A stretch of 64,000 bases of DNA from positions 28,008-92,007 of the forward strand of contig CAZTCD010000002.1 in NCBI GenBank assembly GCA_964612065.1, in the 5' to 3' direction. The notes beneath the pieces were generated by a model that was not told the DNA's origin, searched no databases, and saw only the letters and a list, made by a program, of their open reading frames with translations. Below are positions 38,748 through 49,241 of the stretch, in pieces (position 1 is the first letter of the stretch; every line of letters begins with the position of its first letter). A program made the position numbers and the translations under genes. This DNA is from an uncultured Bdellovibrionales bacterium (GTDB lineage Bacteria; Bdellovibrionota; UBA1018; CAIPTA01).

Positions 38748-39248
38748 GTGAGCCGTGCTCGCTTGCTGGCTTTTTTGCTGGCAGTTCAGGCTCTGCAGGC
38801 AGTGGGGCCGGACGCCTACCAGGAAATGGCTAGGCTTCTATGGCGGCCTCGGGACCTCCGGGTATTTAACCCCAAACCCCACCCCCAGCGGGATGCGTGG
38901 GAGCAGTGCTTGAAGATGGTGGAGGGGTTGGGACAATTGGATTTCCCGGAGCGGGAAACTACCACCTTCTACCTGGTGACGAGCGGAAACCTCCCGCTTT
39001 CCTCTCTGATTTGTTCGGTCGTTGCGCGGGGAAGCGGGAGGAAATGGGATTTTGAGGATAGTATAGAGGCGGAAAGCCAGCGCGGAGGCCAATCCATTTT
39101 CATTCTGGACGCTCCACCGGCTTCTTATCTGGAGAGTTCGGATGCTGCTCTCGTAGCCGGTTTACAAGATCAGGTGGCGCGTGGCCTGCGAGAGGCGCAG
39201 GAGCTTGAAGGTGGCATTCAGGTGTATCTGCCGGCAAAAAAGCGCTGA
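38748..39248 (+). CDS. Hypothetical protein (166 aa)
   Basis: ORF only. N-terminal hydrophobic stretch may be a signal peptide. Confidence 0.35.
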   Translation: MSRARLLAFLLAVQALQAVGPDAYQEMARLLWRPRDLRVFNPKPHPQRDAWEQCLKMVEGLGQLDFPERETTTFYLVTSGNLPLSSLICSVVARGSGRKWDFEDSIEAESQRGGQSIFILDAPPASYLESSDAALVAGLQDQVARGLREAQELEGGIQVYLPAKKR

Positions 39249-39311
39249 TTTTTGGGCTGCTGCCTTGTGTTACGGTTTTCTTTTCCGGGGGGTTAGCGTA
39301 GATTTCCTCCC

Positions 39312-40709
39312 ATGACCACCAAATCTATGACCAAGAAAAACTCCAAAACCTCCACCAAAGAATTCAAATTCACCCCCAAAGCCGACCGCGACTACCGCGT
39401 GTGCAAAGAGGCGATGGAAGATCCGGCCAAGTTCGCCGAGCTCGCCCGCTGGGGCCGCGAAGAGATCAAGATCGCGGAAACCGAGATGCCCGGCCTCATG
39501 AGCATCCGCCGCGAGTTCGCCAAGCAGAAGCCGCTCAAGGGCGCCCGCATCACGGGCTCGCTTCACATGACGATTCAAACCGCCGTGCTGATCGAAACCC
39601 TGAAAGAACTCGGAGCCGAGATTCGCTGGTCGAGCTGCAATATCTTCTCCACGCAGGATCACGCCGCCGTGGCCATCGCTGCCGCTGGCATTCCCGTATT
39701 CGCCTGGAAAGGCGAAACCAACGAGGAATACGACTGGTGCATCGAGCAAACCATCACCGGCTGGGGCAAAGAAAGCTTCAATATGATTCTGGACGATGGC
39801 GGCGATCTCACCGCGATGGTGCATGACCGCTTCCCTGCCCTCTTGAAGAATATCGTGGGCATCACCGAGGAAACCACCACGGGTGTGCACCACCTCTATC
39901 AGATGATGAAAAAAGGCACCCTGAAAGTGCCTGCCATCAACGTGAACGATTCCGTGACCAAGTCGAAATTTGATAACCTCTACGGCTGCCGCGAAAGCCT
40001 CGCCGATGGCATCAAGCGTGCCACCGACGTGATGATGGCCGGCAAGGTGGCAGTGGTGGCTGGTTATGGCGACGTGGGCAAAGGCTCTGCCCAAAGCCTT
40101 CGCATGTATGGCTGCCGTGTGCTGATCACCGAGATCGATCCGATCTGCGCTCTTCAGGCCGCGATGGAAGGCTACGAAGTGACCACCATGGAAGAGGCCA
40201 TGAAGGAGGCGGATATCTTCGTGACCGCCACGGGCTGCACCGACATCATCACCAGGCAGCATTTTGAAGGCATGAAAGACGGAGCCATCGTGTGCAATAT
40301 CGGCCACTTCGATATCGAAATCGATATGGCCTGGCTCAACAACAACTCCCGTATGACTGAGGTCAAGCCTCAGGTGGATCTCCACACCATGAAGAACGGC
40401 AAGCGCATCATCGTGCTCGCCAAGGGCCGCCTCGTGAACCTCGGCTGCGGCACGGGCCACCCTTCTTTCGTGATGTCGAACTCCTTCTCCAACCAGACGA
40501 TCGCCCAGATCGAGATGTGGACGAACCGGAGCACCGGCAAATACAAGAAGGTGGACGTTTATCGCCTGCCTAAAGAGCTCGACGAGAAAGTGGCTGCCCT
40601 CCATCTCGGAAAGATCGGCGTAAAGCTTACCAAGCTCACCAAAAAGCAGGCCGACTACCTCCACCTCAGCGTAGCTGGCCCCTTCAAGCCGGACCACTAC
40701 CGCTACTGA
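39312..40709 (+). CDS. ahcY: Adenosylhomocysteinase
   Basis: 465 aa. [43 protein letters not shown]-binding motif, and HFD...[14 protein letters not shown], all canonical SAHH. Confidence 0.95.
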   Translation: MTTKSMTKKNSKTSTKEFKFTPKADRDYRVCKEAMEDPAKFAELARWGREEIKIAETEMPGLMSIRREFAKQKPLKGARITGSLHMTIQTAVLIETLKELGAEIRWSSCNIFSTQDHAAVAIAAAGIPVFAWKGETNEEYDWCIEQTITGWGKESFNMILDDGGDLTAMVHDRFPALLKNIVGITEETTTGVHHLYQMMKKGTLKVPAINVNDSVTKSKFDNLYGCRESLADGIKRATDVMMAGKVAVVAGYGDVGKGSAQSLRMYGCRVLITEIDPICALQAAMEGYEVTTMEEAMKEADIFVTATGCTDIITRQHFEGMKDGAIVCNIGHFDIEIDMAWLNNNSRMTEVKPQVDLHTMKNGKRIIVLAKGRLVNLGCGTGHPSFVMSNSFSNQTIAQIEMWTNRSTGKYKKVDVYRLPKELDEKVAALHLGKIGVKLTKLTKKQADYLHLSVAGPFKPDHYRY

Positions 40710-40730
40710 TCCAGGCCAGTATGCTGAAAA

Positions 40731-40768
40731 GGGCTGTAAGATTAAATTCTTATGGCCCTTTTTGTTTG
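40731..40768 (+). terminator. Rho-independent terminator after ahcY
   Basis: GGGCTGTAAG-attaaatt-CTTATGGCCC stem (8 of 10 bp) followed by TTTTTGTTT. Confidence 0.5.
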
Positions 40769-40969
40769 GGGTGTTTGTCAGGGCTCGGCCGTGGTCGCTT
40801 TGCTCTCGGCTTACTTCCGTCTTTTCCTTGAAAATTCCATCGTCTTCCTTTAATTTATGCATCGCATAAGGCGCGTAGCGTTGTGTTTGCCTGGAGATTT
40901 GTGTGGCCGATTTTTACCCGTGGCCTGCCAGGTGAATGAGCGCGGATAGGAAAAGAGGGAGGACAAGAA

Positions 40970-41230
40970 GTGCGGGAGGACATGTTTTCATCGAGGATTT
41001 CTTCCTCGGCCTTTGCCAGCGCCAGGAGGAAGTATCCCTATTCCAATTTTCTCGGTGAGTTTTGGCCGGTATATCTCGCCGCTGCCTTGATCGTGTCCTA
41101 TCTTCTGAACGGCGGTTTCGTTACGCCCGGCCAGTTGGCTCCCTTCGCGCTTCTCGCGGTTCCGGCCAATTACCTCGCCTACTTGCTCTATATCAGCATG
41201 CAGAAGAACGAGATCCTCGGCCGGAACTGA
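40970..41230 (+). CDS. Small two-TM membrane protein, hypothetical
   Basis: Both GTG 40970 and ATG 40982 are preceded by GGGAGG-type RBS. Two hydrophobic helices. Confidence 0.35.
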   Translation: MREDMFSSRISSSAFASARRKYPYSNFLGEFWPVYLAAALIVSYLLNGGFVTPGQLAPFALLAVPANYLAYLLYISMQKNEILGRN

Positions 41231-41232
41231 GC

Positions 41233-41946
41233 CTATTTTCCAATCACCAGCATGCTGCCGTTCTTGATGCGGTCGATTACGTTCCTGGAGATTTTCGGAT
41301 CCAGGGCCGGGCAACCCCAGCTTCGGCCGGCGCGGCCGCTATCGCTCACATAATCAGCCGGATGCACCACGATGGCGCGGCTGCGGGCGTTGCTGTTGGA
41401 TGCCTCCAACCCATCAAGCCGCATCGAATAGCCCTTGCCTCCGATATAGGTGGTGGAGGTCTTGTATACCCCCAGTGAGCTCATTTTCGAGCCCGGTGTG
41501 TTGGAGAACTGGGTGGCAAGGCCATCGTTGTCGGGGTCGGAATTTTTGCCGTGAGCCACGTTATGGGTTTCCATCTTTCCTGTGCTCAGGTCGAAAAGAA
41601 ACATCCTGCGGCGGCTCGAGTACTTGCTGAAATCAATGATCGTGGCGTAGCGGGGGTTGTTCAGCTTCGATTGGTTTCGTGAGTGCCAGGCAACGGCTTT
41701 TTCATAGATCGCCCGGCTGAGGCCCCACCCTGTATTGAAGGCGGGAAAGCGAAGGTTTTCGCGGCGAGGGTTTAATGGATTGTCGTCATAGTTTTCCACC
41801 ACCTCCTCGGGCTGTGGGCCTACCGGGGCGTTGATGGAGTTTTCCGTGCAAGGGCCGGAATGGCAGGTTTCCTCTGTCTGTGATTTGCCGCAGGAGGAAA
41901 GTACGAACAACAGGCCGAGGCCTGCCAGGATTTTGGATTTATGCAT
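41233..41946 (-). CDS. Lipoprotein with YkuD/L,D-transpeptidase-like catalytic motif
   Basis: Lipobox FVLSSC. C-terminal ...AIVVHPADYV...GRSWGCPAL matches the H...S.GC active-site arrangement of L,D-transpeptidases (YafK-like). Confidence 0.55.
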   Translation of the reverse strand: MHKSKILAGLGLLFVLSSCGKSQTEETCHSGPCTENSINAPVGPQPEEVVENYDDNPLNPRRENLRFPAFNTGWGLSRAIYEKAVAWHSRNQSKLNNPRYATIIDFSKYSSRRRMFLFDLSTGKMETHNVAHGKNSDPDNDGLATQFSNTPGSKMSSLGVYKTSTTYIGGKGYSMRLDGLEASNSNARSRAIVVHPADYVSDSGRAGRSWGCPALDPKISRNVIDRIKNGSMLVIGK

Positions 41947-42102
41947 ATGGTTAAAGCCTGGGGGAATTTGCGCAGGCTCGCGATCCGCTACCGTGGAAAG
42001 ACAGGCTTTGTTTGAAGGTTTTAATTGATCTAACCTATCGAAATAATGGATGAAGCCTTAAGGGGTAGTCATTCATTAACGCATTGAGTTGGGTCGGGAA
42101 TC

Positions 42103-42118
42103 CTGGTATAAGGCCTGC
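42103..42118 (+). promoter_or_regulatory. Candidate sigma-54 (-24/-12) promoter element upstream of 42172-42528
   Basis: CTGGTATAAGGCCTGC has GG-N10-GC spacing matching TGGCAC-N5-TTGC. It lies 54 nt before the ATG. AGGAGA RBS at -8. Confidence 0.2.
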
Positions 42119-42171
42119 GAAAATTAACTTTAAAATACCCCTTCTTTAGGACCCTATTCAGGAGATAGAAA

Positions 42172-42528
42172 ATGATCCGTGTTATCGCATTAGCTCTCAT
42201 CGCACTCCCTCTCGCCGCTCAGGCCAACACCACCTATGTTTGTGATGGTGAAGGCATGAACGTGCAGGTAGACGTTTCTGAAACCGGAGCTTCCACCATC
42301 CTTACTGTGGACGGCAAAGAAGTTCCCGCTGTTCGCGCCTGCATGACCTGGGCTCACGGAAACGTGCGCATGGGCGGAAAATGGCGTTGCCCCCATGGCG
42401 TGGCTGGAAGCGATCTTCGCTTCGAAGTTTACCCCATCACCAACAAGGCCAACGAAGCCAACCACGTGAAAGTGATCCGCTGGAGCGGTGACCAGGCTTC
42501 CATGATCGAGCTTCGCGACTGCGAATAA
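42172..42528 (+). CDS. Small secreted protein with 4 Cys, hypothetical
   Basis: Signal peptide MIRVIALALIALPLAAQA. Mature ~100 aa. AGGAGA RBS. Confidence 0.45.
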   Translation: MIRVIALALIALPLAAQANTTYVCDGEGMNVQVDVSETGASTILTVDGKEVPAVRACMTWAHGNVRMGGKWRCPHGVAGSDLRFEVYPITNKANEANHVKVIRWSGDQASMIELRDCE

Positions 42529-42590
42529 GATCCAGCCTTGATCTAAAAAGAAATGCCTCCGGTAATCCCGGGGGCATTTTTGTTTGTGAT

Positions 42591-43373
42591 TTACTTGAGA
42601 TAAATATCGAAACGAACGGTTTTGCCGGGCACAACGAAATCAGGGGCGCGGCTTTTCGTGATCTCGGCGGCGTTGTCGGAGCGCTTTACCACTACCCTCT
42701 TTTTTGCCGCTGCCAGGGCTGATTCGAACAGTGCTTCCGTGTCTGTGTCTTCGCCGATCAGCTCCCGGAAGAGAAACATCTCTTTCTTGGGTTTGGCCGT
42801 GGCCCCTTCGTCCGCCGGATACATGGGGTCCAGGTAGACGGCATCGAACTCCCCTCTGTGGGCATCGAGAAAAGCGTGCGCTTCTCCGTAGTGAAAGAAA
42901 AGCGGCCTGCTTTCGAAAAGCCCGGTGTCTTTCACTCTGGAAAGGGCGTCGAGCACAAGTTCGGCGGGCACCGGGTTGCGTTCGCAGGCCGTTACTTCGA
43001 GGTCCTTGAAGGTGGAGAGAAAAAAGGCATCGTAACCAAGCCCGCAAGTGGCATCGCATACCGTTCGCACGCCTTTTTTCAGGCCGATCGCTTTTACGAG
43101 GATGTCGTTTTTGGTGGCGGATCGCCAGCGGCGAGCGAATTCCCCGCCAAGGTAATCCACGGCAAGCGGGCGGAATTCCGGGTGAAGGGCGTTATGAAGG
43201 TAGAGGCGGTCTTCATCAAAAAACAAAAGCCACCTGCAACCCTGCTCCGCCTGAGGAGGCTCTTCGCTCAGCACAAGGCGGGCTCCGAGCCGGAGCGCCA
43301 GTTTGAGGGCGTCGCTGTCTTCTTCGCTGTCGCTCCAGACCACGAGCCCGGATGGCGGAAGGGAGTCTGGCAT
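42591..43373 (-). CDS. rsmJ: 16S rRNA (guanine1516-N2)-methyltransferase RsmJ-like
   Basis: CDATCGLGYDAFFLS, AVYLDPMYP, KEMFLFRELIG, AKKRVVVKRSDNA and RFDIY are collinear with RsmJ/YhiQ. The start at Met 43373 forms a TAATG overlap with the gcvP stop. Confidence 0.8.
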   Translation of the reverse strand: MPDSLPPSGLVVWSDSEEDSDALKLALRLGARLVLSEEPPQAEQGCRWLLFFDEDRLYLHNALHPEFRPLAVDYLGGEFARRWRSATKNDILVKAIGLKKGVRTVCDATCGLGYDAFFLSTFKDLEVTACERNPVPAELVLDALSRVKDTGLFESRPLFFHYGEAHAFLDAHRGEFDAVYLDPMYPADEGATAKPKKEMFLFRELIGEDTDTEALFESALAAAKKRVVVKRSDNAAEITKSRAPDFVVPGKTVRFDIYLK

Positions 43374-46300
43374 TATTTGCCGCCCGTGGCCTGGCGCTCT
43401 TGGTGGGCTTTCACGATTCTCTGCCAAACCTCGTTTTTCTTCAGGTGAGTCAGCTCTCCCGCGGCGATCCGGTTGGGCAGAACGGGGATCAGGCCCGGGC
43501 TGAGGGTTTCCGAAAGAGTGAGGTTCTTGTTGGCGAGCACTTCGTCTACCCGGTCGATGGGAGTGAAGTGAGGCACCGTTTGGAGCACCTCGGGCGTTTC
43601 ATGCACGATCTTGTGGATGGTGGTGAGGGTTTCCACGAAATCATCCAGCTCCGCTTTTGAATAGGTTTCCGTGGGCTCCACCATCAGGCCCAGCACTTCC
43701 GGGAAAGCCACGGTAGGCGCATGCAGGCCGAAATCGAGAAAGAGTTTTCCGATCCTCGGGATCACCACTGATTTGGGAAGCCCGGCGCTTTCCACTTTCT
43801 GGAAGCTCTCTTTGGAGAGAGTGAGAATGAATTCGTGCATGCGAGGAGTGGTTTCCGCGCCGAAGGGCAAAGTGGGATAGAGGCGGGATAGCTTATGGAA
43901 GAGATAACGCGCGGAGAGCACGGCCAGGGCGCTCATGCGGGAAACGCCCTGCCGCCCGAGCGCTCTCACATAGGTATAGCAGCGGATCTTGTGGCCGAAG
44001 TTGCCGAAATGGCGCTGCACGGATCCGATCGATTTCTTCGGCTTCACCAGTTGGTAAACGGGGGCATTGGAAGGGCCGCTTTTTACGGCCTGGTGGCCCG
44101 GGAGGAAATCCACCAGAAGGGAGCTCACGGCCACAAACGCATCGCCCGGGCCTCCTCCTCCGTGCGGAATGCTCCATGTTTTATGGGTGTTATTGTGAAC
44201 GGCATCCACGCCGAGCTTTCCGAGATCCAGCCAGCCGGCGATGGCGTTCATATTGGCGCCATCCATATAAACCAGGCCGCCCGCTTCATGCACGAGATCA
44301 GCTACGGCGCGGAAATTGGTTTCCAGCACTCCGGAGGTATTGGGATTCGTTACCATCACGCCGGCAATGCGGGGGCCGAATTCCTTCACCAGGCTTTTCA
44401 CCTGCTCCAGGTTCATCTGCCCGGTGGGATCAGCTTCGATCAGCTTGATGTTGTCGGCGGCATAGCCCGCCATGGTGGCCGTGGCCGGGTTGGTTCCGTG
44501 CGCGGAGCGAGGGATCAGAATGATGTCGCGACTCTTATCACCCCGGTCGCGGTGGTAGGCCTGGAACATCTTGAGGCCCACGAGCTCGCCCTGGGCTCCA
44601 GCCATCGGTTGGGTGGTAACGGCTGCGAGGCCGGTGATGGCCTTGAAATACTCCTGCGTGAGGTGGAGGATCTCGAGGGATCCTTGCGCATCGGCGAGAG
44701 GCGCCTGGGGATGCAGTTCGGCGAAGCCCGGGAGAGCGGCGGCCCAATCATTGATGTACGGGTTGTACTTCATCGTGCAGGAGCCGAGGGCGTAGATGTT
44801 GTCGTCGGGCGAAACATTCTGCTCGCCGAGGCTGGTGTAGTACTGTTTGATTTTTTCTACCGGCACCTTGGGGAGGTTCGTGCCGCCTTGCCGGAGGGCG
44901 TATGCCGGAAGTGCGGCGGCCTTTCTTCCTTCTTTGGCGCCCGGGAATTCCGCCTGGAAGAAGCGGGCGAGCTTTTCGATGTCCGAATCGCTGTGGCGGT
45001 CGGTGAAGGAAAGCAGCAGAAGGCTGTTCTTGCCCCCCCCCCTCTCACTCACATCTACGCCGATATGAATGCCGGCGATTCGGGCCTTCTCGATGATCTC
45101 GGATGCCGGGCGCGAAAGCTTCAGGCACACCTCATTCCAGAAGGGAGCCTCGGGGTATGCGAGATCCACTCCTTCGCAGGCGGTGAGGCGGGGCACGGCG
45201 GCCTCGGCATTTTTGCGGGCGGCGGCGGCGGTTTCGGCCAGGCCTTCGTCTCCCCTTTCGAGCAAGGCAGCACCGGCAAGGGTAGCCAGGTAGCTTTGGT
45301 TCGAGCAGATGTTGGAGGTGGCTTTGTCGCGGCGGATATGCTGCTCGCGGGTGGAGAGCACGATGGCGAAGCAGTCGCGGCCGGAGATGTCTTTCCCTTT
45401 GCCGATGAAGCGGCCGGCGGTTTGCCGGATTTCGTTTTTATGTTCGGCATTGAAACGCACGCCGAAGATGCCGAGGCCGGGGCCGCCGAAGTTGGGCGCG
45501 ATCGCGAGGTGTTGCCCTTCGGCCACGAACATCGAGCTGCCCTTTTTTCCGAAAGCGGAAGGGGGCTTGAGCGCGCCGCGGGCGATGGTCATGGGATCGA
45601 TCACGGCGATGGATTTTGCGCCCAGGTCTTCGGCGAGATCAGTGAGGGCATCTACATCTTCGAGAAGGCCGAGGTTGTTGAGCTGGGGGAAAACCAGGCA
45701 AGCCAGTTGAGGGCCAGCAGCGCGGGCGGCGGCTTCGATCTTGGCCACGTCCATGCGGCCGGTGGCGGGATCGGGCTGCACAAAGGAAAGCTTCAGGCCG
45801 GTATCCGCGGCCAGGGTGCGCAGCACTTCCTGATCGCCGGGAAAGAGCGTGGCGGCGATCACGGCGGTGTCGGAGCCTTCTCTCAGGCGCTGGGCGCATT
45901 TGATGGCCTCAAAGAGGCCGGTGGAGCGTTCGTAAAAGGAGGCGTTCACCGCTTCAAAGCCCGTGAGGGCCGAAACCGCGCACTGATAGATCCAGATGGT
46001 GGCGAGAGTGCCCTGCGATCTTTCCGGCTGGTAGGGGGTGTAGGCGGTGGTGAGCTTGCGGATTCCGAGCACATGGGGAATCACGTCGGGGGTTTTGTAG
46101 TGAGGGAGGCCGTCGCCGAGGAAGGAGAGCCGTATCTGGTTCTTCTTGGAAAGCGTTTCCATATGCCGGAGAAGATCTTCGTAGCCGAGCTCTTCCGGGA
46201 TCGGTGCGCCGCTCGACGGCATGCGGGCGGCGGCGGGAAGGTGAGAGAAAAGTTCTTCGAGCTTGTTCAGCCCCAGCGTTAGCAGCATCTCCTCGATTTC

Positions 46301-46390
46301 GGAATCGGAGGCGCAGATATAATGGCGGCGAAGCTCGCGGGGAAGCTCAGAGGGCTTGTAGGGTAAGCCAGGGAAATTAATTTGATTCAT
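43373..46390 (-). CDS. gcvP: Glycine dehydrogenase (decarboxylating), single-chain P-protein
   Basis: About 1005 aa with two PLP-fold halves. The start was moved to MNQINFPGLPY (ATG 46390). The track ORF is 14 codons longer. Confidence 0.95.
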   Translation of the reverse strand: MNQINFPGLPYKPSELPRELRRHYICASDSEIEEMLLTLGLNKLEELFSHLPAAARMPSSGAPIPEELGYEDLLRHMETLSKKNQIRLSFLGDGLPHYKTPDVIPHVLGIRKLTTAYTPYQPERSQGTLATIWIYQCAVSALTGFEAVNASFYERSTGLFEAIKCAQRLREGSDTAVIAATLFPGDQEVLRTLAADTGLKLSFVQPDPATGRMDVAKIEAAARAAGPQLACLVFPQLNNLGLLEDVDALTDLAEDLGAKSIAVIDPMTIARGALKPPSAFGKKGSSMFVAEGQHLAIAPNFGGPGLGIFGVRFNAEHKNEIRQTAGRFIGKGKDISGRDCFAIVLSTREQHIRRDKATSNICSNQSYLATLAGAALLERGDEGLAETAAAARKNAEAAVPRLTACEGVDLAYPEAPFWNEVCLKLSRPASEIIEKARIAGIHIGVDVSERGGGKNSLLLLSFTDRHSDSDIEKLARFFQAEFPGAKEGRKAAALPAYALRQGGTNLPKVPVEKIKQYYTSLGEQNVSPDDNIYALGSCTMKYNPYINDWAAALPGFAELHPQAPLADAQGSLEILHLTQEYFKAITGLAAVTTQPMAGAQGELVGLKMFQAYHRDRGDKSRDIILIPRSAHGTNPATATMAGYAADNIKLIEADPTGQMNLEQVKSLVKEFGPRIAGVMVTNPNTSGVLETNFRAVADLVHEAGGLVYMDGANMNAIAGWLDLGKLGVDAVHNNTHKTWSIPHGGGGPGDAFVAVSSLLVDFLPGHQAVKSGPSNAPVYQLVKPKKSIGSVQRHFGNFGHKIRCYTYVRALGRQGVSRMSALAVLSARYLFHKLSRLYPTLPFGAETTPRMHEFILTLSKESFQKVESAGLPKSVVIPRIGKLFLDFGLHAPTVAFPEVLGLMVEPTETYSKAELDDFVETLTTIHKIVHETPEVLQTVPHFTPIDRVDEVLANKNLTLSETLSPGLIPVLPNRIAAGELTHLKKNEVWQRIVKAHQERQATGGK

Positions 46391-46574
46391 GAGCCTTCTC
46401 TTACCATGCGGAACGCGAATTTCGGGGAGCATTTTGAGGCTGGTTTTCGGGCGGGGTGGATTGATGCTGCGTAGCAGAATGAGCGAATTGCGACTGCCTG
46501 AGCAATACGATTTTTCTTTTGTATTTTCTGTCTAATGTTAGTGTTTTTTCGACCTTTCCTGGAACCTAGGAGCG

Positions 46575-48272
46575 TTGTTCATGAATCGTAGCTGGTGGCT
46601 TCGTTTTGGCCTTTTGATCTTCTTCATCGCGCTGAGTTTTGTGCACGTATTCCCCACCCTTGCGAATCTTGACCTCGAAACCACCAGGTTTCCCTTCAAG
46701 AAGAAGGTGAATCTCGGCCTCGACCTGCAGGGCGGTCTCTATATGGTTTACGGCGTGGATTTCGGAAAGGTTTATGCCGAAACCCTTCGCCGCAGCGTAG
46801 ACGGTATCGCTACCCAGCTTGGCAAAGAGGGCGGCAACTTAAAAGTGGCGCCAGTGGAAGGTTCTGAGGTGGAAGATCCGCACGTAACCTTGCAATTCGA
46901 TCCGGCCTTTGAATCCAAGGTGCAGGAGCAGCTCACCAGAAACGAATATTCCCTGCGGGTGATGGATAAGAAGGCTGGCAGCTATACCATCGCCCTGGCC
47001 CGGGAATATCGGGGCACGATCAAGGAGCATACCCTATCTCAGAGCGTGCAGGTGATCCGCAACCGTATCGATGAATTCGGTGTTACCGAGCCCTCGATCA
47101 GCACCAAGGGAGAAAACCGGGTGGTGGTGGAGCTTCCCGGCGTGAAAGACGTGGAGCGAGCCAAAGCGCTCGTGGGCCGTACGGCTCGCCTCGAGTTCAA
47201 AATGGTGAATACGGAGTTTCAAGGCAACCTTCCGCAGCTCCTCGATGCCGCGGTGAAAGAAAAAAACATCACCTTCAAGGAAGGCAGCCGTTTCTCTGAT
47301 TATGTGGCCGCCGTTAACGCGGCTTTGAAAGGAAAGATCCCTGAAGATTCCCAGGTGCTTTTTGAGAGAAAGCCGGGCGGAGAGAACATTCCCTTTCTGC
47401 TGTATTCAAAGGTGGAAATTACCGGTGACCAGCTTTCCGACGCCATGGTGACCCAGGACCAGCAGACGATGTCGCCTCAGGTTAGTTTCCAGATGAATCC
47501 TCGCGGTGCCGTGGAGTTCGAAACCCTTACTCGCGACAACGTAGGCCGTCTCCTCGCCATTGTGCTGGACGACGTGGTTTACTCCGCACCCCGCATTAAC
47601 AGCCCGATTCCCGGAGGCTCCGGGGTGATCACGCTCGGAAGCTCTACCGGAGAGGAAGCCTTTAAAGAAGCTCGCGATCTCTCGATCGTGCTTCGGGCCG
47701 GTGCTCTTCCCGCCCAGCTGGACCTTCTCGAGCAGAGAACGATTGGCCCTTCGCTCGGTGCCGATTCCATCCGCCATGGTGTGATGGCCTCGGTGATCGG
47801 CTGCGCGCTGATCTTCCTTTTTATCTCGATTTACTACCGCATGAGCGGCGTGGTGGCCGTGATTTCCCTGGCTCTGAACGGCTTGTTCATGCTTGCCATT
47901 CTGATCGGGATGGACGCTACCCTCACCCTTCCAGGTATCGCCGGTTTGGCCCTCACCATCGGTATGGCGGTGGATTCCAACGTGATTATCTTTGAGAGGA
48001 TCCGCGATGAGCTCAGGGAGGGAAAGAGCGTGGTTTCCTCCGTGAGTGCGGGCTTTGATAAAGCCTTTTCCGCCATTTTCGACGCCAACCTCACCACGGC
48101 GATTGTTTGCGTGATCCTGCTGAATTTCGGCACCGGCCCGATGAGGGGCTTCGCGGTTACTCTCCTGATCGGAATCGTGACCACCCTTTTCTGTGCCATT
48201 ACGGTGTGCAAGCTGTTCTTCGATTTCTATCTGGAATCTTGGGGCAGCAAAAAGAAAACCCTCAGCATTTAG
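46575..48272 (+). CDS. secD: Protein translocase subunit SecD
   Basis: N-terminal TM, the NLGLDLQGG motif, a large periplasmic domain and 5 C-terminal TMs. Confidence 0.9.
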   Translation: MFMNRSWWLRFGLLIFFIALSFVHVFPTLANLDLETTRFPFKKKVNLGLDLQGGLYMVYGVDFGKVYAETLRRSVDGIATQLGKEGGNLKVAPVEGSEVEDPHVTLQFDPAFESKVQEQLTRNEYSLRVMDKKAGSYTIALAREYRGTIKEHTLSQSVQVIRNRIDEFGVTEPSISTKGENRVVVELPGVKDVERAKALVGRTARLEFKMVNTEFQGNLPQLLDAAVKEKNITFKEGSRFSDYVAAVNAALKGKIPEDSQVLFERKPGGENIPFLLYSKVEITGDQLSDAMVTQDQQTMSPQVSFQMNPRGAVEFETLTRDNVGRLLAIVLDDVVYSAPRINSPIPGGSGVITLGSSTGEEAFKEARDLSIVLRAGALPAQLDLLEQRTIGPSLGADSIRHGVMASVIGCALIFLFISIYYRMSGVVAVISLALNGLFMLAILIGMDATLTLPGIAGLALTIGMAVDSNVIIFERIRDELREGKSVVSSVSAGFDKAFSAIFDANLTTAIVCVILLNFGTGPMRGFAVTLLIGIVTTLFCAITVCKLFFDFYLESWGSKKKTLSI

Positions 48273-48290
48273 ACCAAGCGAGGTTACTCA

Positions 48291-49241
48291 GTGTTCGAAC
48301 TCATATCGACGAATATCAACTTCAACTTCCTCAAGTGGAGCCGCCCTTTTATGTGGGGCAGCGGCGCCTTTATCCTGCTTTCCCTGGTGCTGATCTTTAC
48401 CAAGGGCCCCAATTACGGGATCGACTTTACTGGCGGAGCCGAAATTCAGGTGGCTTTGCCTGCGAATTGGGACACCGGAAAGCTGCGCGAAGCCTTGAAA
48501 GCTGGCGGCATCGCCGAGGATTCCGTGATCAAGATCGAGGGAAGCGAGAGGAATCAGTACCTCATCAAAACCCAGGTTTCGGAAGAAAAAGGCGAGAACG
48601 TGGGGGACGAGATCTCCCGTCTCCTCTCCTCTTCCCTGAAGCCCAATGAGTTCGAAGTGGAAAAAGTGGACGTAGTGGGCCCGAAAGCGGGGCAGGAGCT
48701 CAGAAGCTCTGCGATTATTTCCATGCTCATGGCGATTGTGGGCATCCTGATCTACATCACCTTCCGGTTCGATGTGAGGTTTTCTCCGGGCATCGTGCGC
48801 GCCCTGATTTTCGACGTGATTTCCACCATGGGTGTTTGGATCATCATGGGGCGAGAGTTCAACCTCTCCACCGTAGCGGCTCTTCTTACGATCGCCGGTT
48901 ATTCCTGTAACGATACGGTGGTGATCTACGACAGGATCCGAGACTTGCGGAAGATGTTCCCGGATATGCCTCTGCCAGAGGTGGTGAATAAGTCGGTGAA
49001 TATCAACCTCGGCCGTACGATCATCACCGTGCTTTGCACCAATATCGCGGTGGTGAGCCTTTGGCTGCTGGGTGGGCCCGTGCTCGGCGATTTCGCCCTG
49101 GTAATGCTGATTGGATTTACGATCTCCATTCCTTCCACGATCTTCGTGGCTGCCCCGATGGTGATCTATATGGAAGAGCGCATTCAAAAGCAGCAGCAGA
49201 AAAAGGGAGGAAAGATGGAAGCCTCCCCCAAGCATGCGTAA
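48291..49241 (+). CDS. secF: Protein translocase subunit SecF
   Basis: GTG start with GAGG RBS. YGIDFTGG motif. Six TMs, collinear with SecF. Confidence 0.9.
   Translation: MFELISTNINFNFLKWSRPFMWGSGAFILLSLVLIFTKGPNYGIDFTGGAEIQVALPANWDTGKLREALKAGGIAEDSVIKIEGSERNQYLIKTQVSEEKGENVGDEISRLLSSSLKPNEFEVEKVDVVGPKAGQELRSSAIISMLMAIVGILIYITFRFDVRFSPGIVRALIFDVISTMGVWIIMGREFNLSTVAALLTIAGYSCNDTVVIYDRIRDLRKMFPDMPLPEVVNKSVNINLGRTIITVLCTNIAVVSLWLLGGPVLGDFALVMLIGFTISIPSTIFVAAPMVIYMEERIQKQQQKKGGKMEASPKHA

Noticed and set aside
39249-39311. Looked for an SAH riboswitch upstream of ahcY
   Set aside because: Only ~63 nt of leader with no AGGCUCGG-type pseudoknot motif, so it is too short and non-matching.
46391-46574. 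Looked for a glycine riboswitch upstream of gcvP
   Set aside because: The minus-strand leader lacks the conserved GGAGAG / ACCGAAGGGGCAA-type cores. gcvP appears to have a plain promoter shared divergently with secD.
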